Program-made: the position numbers and the translations under genes
NCBI GenBank assembly: GCA_963850305.1
Contig: CAWKKR010000004.1
Coordinates: 224,001-288,000 of the forward strand
DNA: 64,000 nt
Reading direction: 5' to 3'
Source of the DNA: an uncultured delta proteobacterium
Lineage (GTDB): Bacteria > Myxococcota_A > Polyangia > Polyangiales > Polyangiaceae
Shown here: positions 60,382-64,000 of the stretch, piece after piece
Layout: each line of letters starts with the position of its first letter
How positions within the stretch are numbered: position 1 is the first letter of the stretch
The notes under the pieces: model-generated
Told to the model about the DNA's origin: nothing
Database searches by the model: none
The model's input: the letters and a program-made list of their open reading frames with translations, nothing else

Positions 60382-62784
60382 ATGGCCCTTGCTCGGACCA
60401 AGCCCCACAAGCTCGTCGGGCGTTATCAGCTCGCGCACGAGCTCGCGACGAGCTACCTGGGTCCGCTGTGGGCGGCTCGCGTCGACGGCTCGGACGTCGC
60501 CGGACAGCTCGCGATGCTGCGGCTCGTATCATTGGCGCGGCTCGACGCGGACACTCGCGTGAGACTCCTGGAGGCGGCATGGCAGGCCATGGAGGTCCGC
60601 GATGCACACGTTTGCTCCGTCACGGACGTCGTGGCAAGCGACGGTGAGCTGAGCATCGTCTCGGATTACACGGAAGGGGTTCCCCTCCGCACGCTGCAGG
60701 GTCTCTCCAGCTTGCGGCGCAAGCCACTCGCGGTCGGAGTAGCGCTCCGCATCATCGCCGATTTACTCGTAGGCGTGGAAGCGTTGCACCGGGCGACGGT
60801 CGAACTGGGGGATGAAGCCGTTCCGCTGTACGGTGGCCTGTCGCCCGACAGTATCCTCATCGGGACCGACGGACGAACGACCGTCCTGGATGTCGCCGTC
60901 GGCAGCGTCGCGAGCACGGTCGAATCGCTCGGCGGCAATCCCGAGCGCGTCGCCTATGCCGCACCGGAGCAGCTGAGTGAGCCGCCTCACGCGGACGCTC
61001 GTACGGACGTCTTCACGATCGGCGTGCTCGCGTGGGAGCTGTTGTCGGGGCGACGGCTTTTCGTCGGCGCGGACAAGGCCATCGTCCAGAAGGTTCTCGC
61101 GGCGAAAATCCCGCGCATCGACGAGCTACGACGCAAGGGTGATCCCGAGATCGCGAGCGAACTCTCCGCGATCGTCACCCGTGCGCTCGATCGGGACCCT
61201 ACCCGACGTTTTCAGTCCGCGACCGAGCTCTCCCACGCAATCGACGCAACTGGCATCGTCGCGTCGGATCCGTCCGAGGTAACCGCATACCTCGCCCTGG
61301 TCGCCGAGGGCGCGCTTTCACGCACTCGCGATGCGCTGAAAGATCCTGCGACGACCGCGGGGCCCGGAGGCTCGTTGAGCAAGATCCCGCCCGGGCGAGC
61401 CCGTGTGGGCGGCTCGATTGCCCCCGACAAGCCCGGACCGAAACCCAAGCTCAGTACCGTCCCGCCGCTCCGCAAACCCGTCGCGACCACGCCCGCGCGT
61501 TCCCACCAGCCGACGATGATCGGCATCCCACCTCCCGCCCGGCTGGAGACCGAGGCAGCCGCCCGCGCCGTCGCAGCGCTCGCGCAACAGGGGTCTGCGC
61601 CACCTCCTGCGCTCCCGGAAATCGAGCCGACCCCTCCGGAGTCCGTCCTCGCCGCAAAGCCCGAAGCCGCCGAATCCGAACCGACGCACCGGGGGCCGCC
61701 CAAACCGACCCACGGTGCTGAGCCGATAGGGTCCGCTCCGACCACGGTCGCCCCGGAACCCGAGCCTCGCGCCTACGATCGCTTCGAGTCCATTCCGCCC
61801 GTTCCGCACACCTTTGGCGAGACACCGCCGCCCCCGGCGCCTCTGCCCGACGACAGCATCGACGAACCGACCGGGCAGTACACGGCTCATGACCTCCTGA
61901 AGCAAGTAGAGGAACTTGCGCGCCGAAGCGATCGCGCGGATCGGCCACCGACGGACTTCCCCGAACCCCGAACGGATCCCAGGGATGACGATCTGGTCGG
62001 TCGCCCTACGGGACGATTTTCGTCGGAGCCGCGTGCTCCCGCGTTCGGTCGCATCGAAGAGGACGCCTGGCTGGACGACCCCGTGCCGATCGATGCCGCC
62101 AGAGCCATGTCACCGACAGAACCGGAGCTTCCGGCAACGGTCATTCCCGCGCGAGAGCCGCTTGCGGAGACCTTCCCGGACTCCCTGGTATCGCCGATCG
62201 AGTCGCGAGCACCGCAGCCCGAACCATCGCTTCCAAAGGTACCGGAGAAGAGAAGCTTCTCGAAAAGGCCTCCCTCGAGCGGGGGAGGCGGGTTCATTCC
62301 GTCACAGATCCCACCTCCGTTGATGCACGACCCCCGGGCGCGGCGGTCGCCGACCCGAGTGAAATCCTCGAACAAATTCCGCCAAGGGCTTGCTCTGGGG
62401 ATTCTCGGGAGCCTCGGGCTCATGGTTGTCAGCGCGATGCTTGGCATGGTCGCGCTCCGCGGCCGCGGAGTGCCGGCGGTGACGTCGGCGTCGCTCGCCG
62501 TACCGTCGGCGATGGCCGCAGCCGCGATTGCGGCGCCGCCCGCGGCGGAACCCGCCGCGTCCGTCGCGGAACCAGCGCCGAGCACGACGGTCGCCCCTCC
62601 GCCGAGCGCGCCTCCGCAGGGTGCTTCGGTGCCTGCCGGTGAGCCACCGCCACGGCCTGCCATGGTCGCAGCCGCGCCCAAGGCGCCGATCGCCGCACGG
62701 ACCCAGCGCGCCTCGCACGGAGGGAGTGCCCCGCGCGCGGGCGGGAAAAAGAAGCACGCACGCTTCGTGCCCGACGACATCTGA
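60382..62784 (+). CDS. membrane Ser/Thr pseudokinase with long Pro-rich linker
   Basis: GRYQL, YAAPEQL, DARTDVFTIG, RRFQSA retained; HRD replaced by YGG, DFG by DVA, Gly loop absent; TM; C-terminal FVPDDI. Confidence 0.8.
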   Translation: MALARTKPHKLVGRYQLAHELATSYLGPLWAARVDGSDVAGQLAMLRLVSLARLDADTRVRLLEAAWQAMEVRDAHVCSVTDVVASDGELSIVSDYTEGVPLRTLQGLSSLRRKPLAVGVALRIIADLLVGVEALHRATVELGDEAVPLYGGLSPDSILIGTDGRTTVLDVAVGSVASTVESLGGNPERVAYAAPEQLSEPPHADARTDVFTIGVLAWELLSGRRLFVGADKAIVQKVLAAKIPRIDELRRKGDPEIASELSAIVTRALDRDPTRRFQSATELSHAIDATGIVASDPSEVTAYLALVAEGALSRTRDALKDPATTAGPGGSLSKIPPGRARVGGSIAPDKPGPKPKLSTVPPLRKPVATTPARSHQPTMIGIPPPARLETEAAARAVAALAQQGSAPPPALPEIEPTPPESVLAAKPEAAESEPTHRGPPKPTHGAEPIGSAPTTVAPEPEPRAYDRFESIPPVPHTFGETPPPPAPLPDDSIDEPTGQYTAHDLLKQVEELARRSDRADRPPTDFPEPRTDPRDDDLVGRPTGRFSSEPRAPAFGRIEEDAWLDDPVPIDAARAMSPTEPELPATVIPAREPLAETFPDSLVSPIESRAPQPEPSLPKVPEKRSFSKRPPSSGGGGFIPSQIPPPLMHDPRARRSPTRVKSSNKFRQGLALGILGSLGLMVVSAMLGMVALRGRGVPAVTSASLAVPSAMAAAAIAAPPAAEPAASVAEPAPSTTVAPPPSAPPQGASVPAGEPPPRPAMVAAAPKAPIAARTQRASHGGSAPRAGGKKKHARFVPDDI

Positions 62785-62802
62785 CATGCCGGAGAACCAT
62801 TG

Positions 62803-63813
62803 ATGCGAACACTCGTCCCGCGATCGGACATTGCGATCGCGCTGATCGCGTTTACGTGCTCGCTCGCGGCGCCAACGCTGGCGGGAGAGACGTCCGACGA
62901 GCGCTCCAGCGCCGCGCAGGAATCGAGCGCGAGCGACAAGTATCGTGCTGGAACCGAGGCATTCGAGGCGCAAAAGTATTCCGAAGCGCTCGCACTATTT
63001 CGCGCATCTTACGCGGTCGTAGCGAGCCCGAACTCGCATCTGATGATTGCGCGCACGCTCTCGAAGATGAACGAAACGGCCGAGGCATTCGCCGAATTCG
63101 AGGCGACTGTCACCGAAGCGGCCGCGGCCGCGCAGAAGAACGAAAGGTACAAGCGCACGGCGGACGCGGCGCGCGTCGAAGGCGCCGAACTGCGCAAGAA
63201 GCTCGGCATCGTCGAGGTCGAAATGAAGGCCGTCATCACCGCAGGTGGGCGTCCACTCCCGAACGCATTGGGAGGAACGATCGTCGTCGTGCCCGGGAAG
63301 ACGGACGTCGTGCTCAGGCTGCCGGGTGGGCAAGAGGTACACAGTGAAGTCGACGTGCAGGCGGGCCAGACGGTGAAGGTGGACGTCGCGCCCCCCTCAC
63401 CCGCGCCCGTCGTCGCCGCGGCGCCGGGCACCGCACCCTGTCCACTGGCGGCCCCGGCGCCGGAACCGAGCGGCATCGATCAGCGTGTGCTCGCGACCGT
63501 CGTTGGAGGCGTAGGCGTCGCCGGGTTCGCGACGTTCACCGTGTTTGGATTACTCGAGCAGAAGAAGTACTCCGACCTTCGGAGTAGCTGCCCGAACAAT
63601 GTGTGCAGCTCGTCGCAGGTGGACGATATCGGCACCGGGCGCACGGACCAGGCGCTCGCCAATGTGGGACTCGGCGTGGGCATCGTGGGCGCGATCGCGA
63701 GCGCCGCGCTGTTTCTCACCGCACCGGCGCATCACGCGACGGAGCGCGCGGACGGCGCCGTGACGGAACTCGCCGTCGGACCGCGATCCATGGTCGTCCG
63801 CGGCCGGTTCTGA
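62803..63813 (+). CDS. secreted TPR / PEGA-like protein with C-terminal hydrophobic segments (myxobacterial type)
   Basis: Signal peptide, GTEAFEAQKYSEALALFRASY...SPNSHLMIAR, hydrophobic hairpin with CPNNVC, C-terminal VRGRF. Confidence 0.75.
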   Translation: MRTLVPRSDIAIALIAFTCSLAAPTLAGETSDERSSAAQESSASDKYRAGTEAFEAQKYSEALALFRASYAVVASPNSHLMIARTLSKMNETAEAFAEFEATVTEAAAAAQKNERYKRTADAARVEGAELRKKLGIVEVEMKAVITAGGRPLPNALGGTIVVVPGKTDVVLRLPGGQEVHSEVDVQAGQTVKVDVAPPSPAPVVAAAPGTAPCPLAAPAPEPSGIDQRVLATVVGGVGVAGFATFTVFGLLEQKKYSDLRSSCPNNVCSSSQVDDIGTGRTDQALANVGLGVGIVGAIASAALFLTAPAHHATERADGAVTELAVGPRSMVVRGRF

Positions 63814-63838
63814 GCGCTGCTCCAAACGGGGCGTCCCT

Positions 63839-64000
63839 CTAACTGCAGGGTAGGATGAAGAACGCCATGCATCCGCAGGCGCCTGCGCTCGTGCAGCACG
63901 CCGTTCCGAGACAAGACGCGCAGCTCGAGGCGTTGCACGAGGAACCGCCGCCACTGCCCGAGCTCCCGCCGGAGCTTGCGCCGCCACTGCCGAAGCTGCC
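63839..64000 (-). CDS. C-terminus of a Gly/Ser-linker, Cys-rich protein (5' part outside window)
   Basis: Minus frame reads GSFGSGGASSGGSSGSGGGSSCNASSCASCLGTACCTSAGACGCMAFFILPCS-stop; not in the ORF track because it has no start in the window. Confidence 0.7.
   Translation of the reverse strand, partial: GSFGSGGASSGGSSGSGGGSSCNASSCASCLGTACCTSAGACGCMAFFILPCS

Overview
GC-rich bacterial chromosomal window. The gene content points to a myxobacterium, most likely Polyangiales (inference): many Gly-linker/Cys-rich lipoproteins, Hanks-type kinases and pseudokinases, a vWA lipoprotein and a divergent recA. It holds about 56 CDSs and no rRNA, tRNA or CRISPR array that I can see. Main blocks are: (i) metabolic genes and comM; (ii) a c-di-AMP synthesis/degradation divergon (folP-cdaA-cdaR opposite a PgpH-like HD phosphohydrolase) beside namZ; (iii) a sigma54 regulator, FrgA-like protein, rnhA and recA; (iv) an ABC-2 exporter cluster; (v) a 21-bp minisatellite interleaved with an internally deleted IS256 remnant at ~30.6-31.7 kb; (vi) kinase/pseudokinase and TetR/TetR divergons with visible palindromic operators; (vii) two complete Opp/Dpp-type ABC importer operons separated by a lipoprotein and an HNH nuclease. 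The first operon has an unusual architecture: its OppF ATPase runs in frame into TM helices and a GspG-pseudopilin-like domain, and its OppB carries a HEAT-like insert. The HNH gene has a strand-specific multi-stem RNA fold directly after its stop codon. About ten apparent single-base frameshifts, mostly +1, suggest uncorrected sequencing indels rather than true pseudogenes. All family calls come from motif recognition, not database searches.
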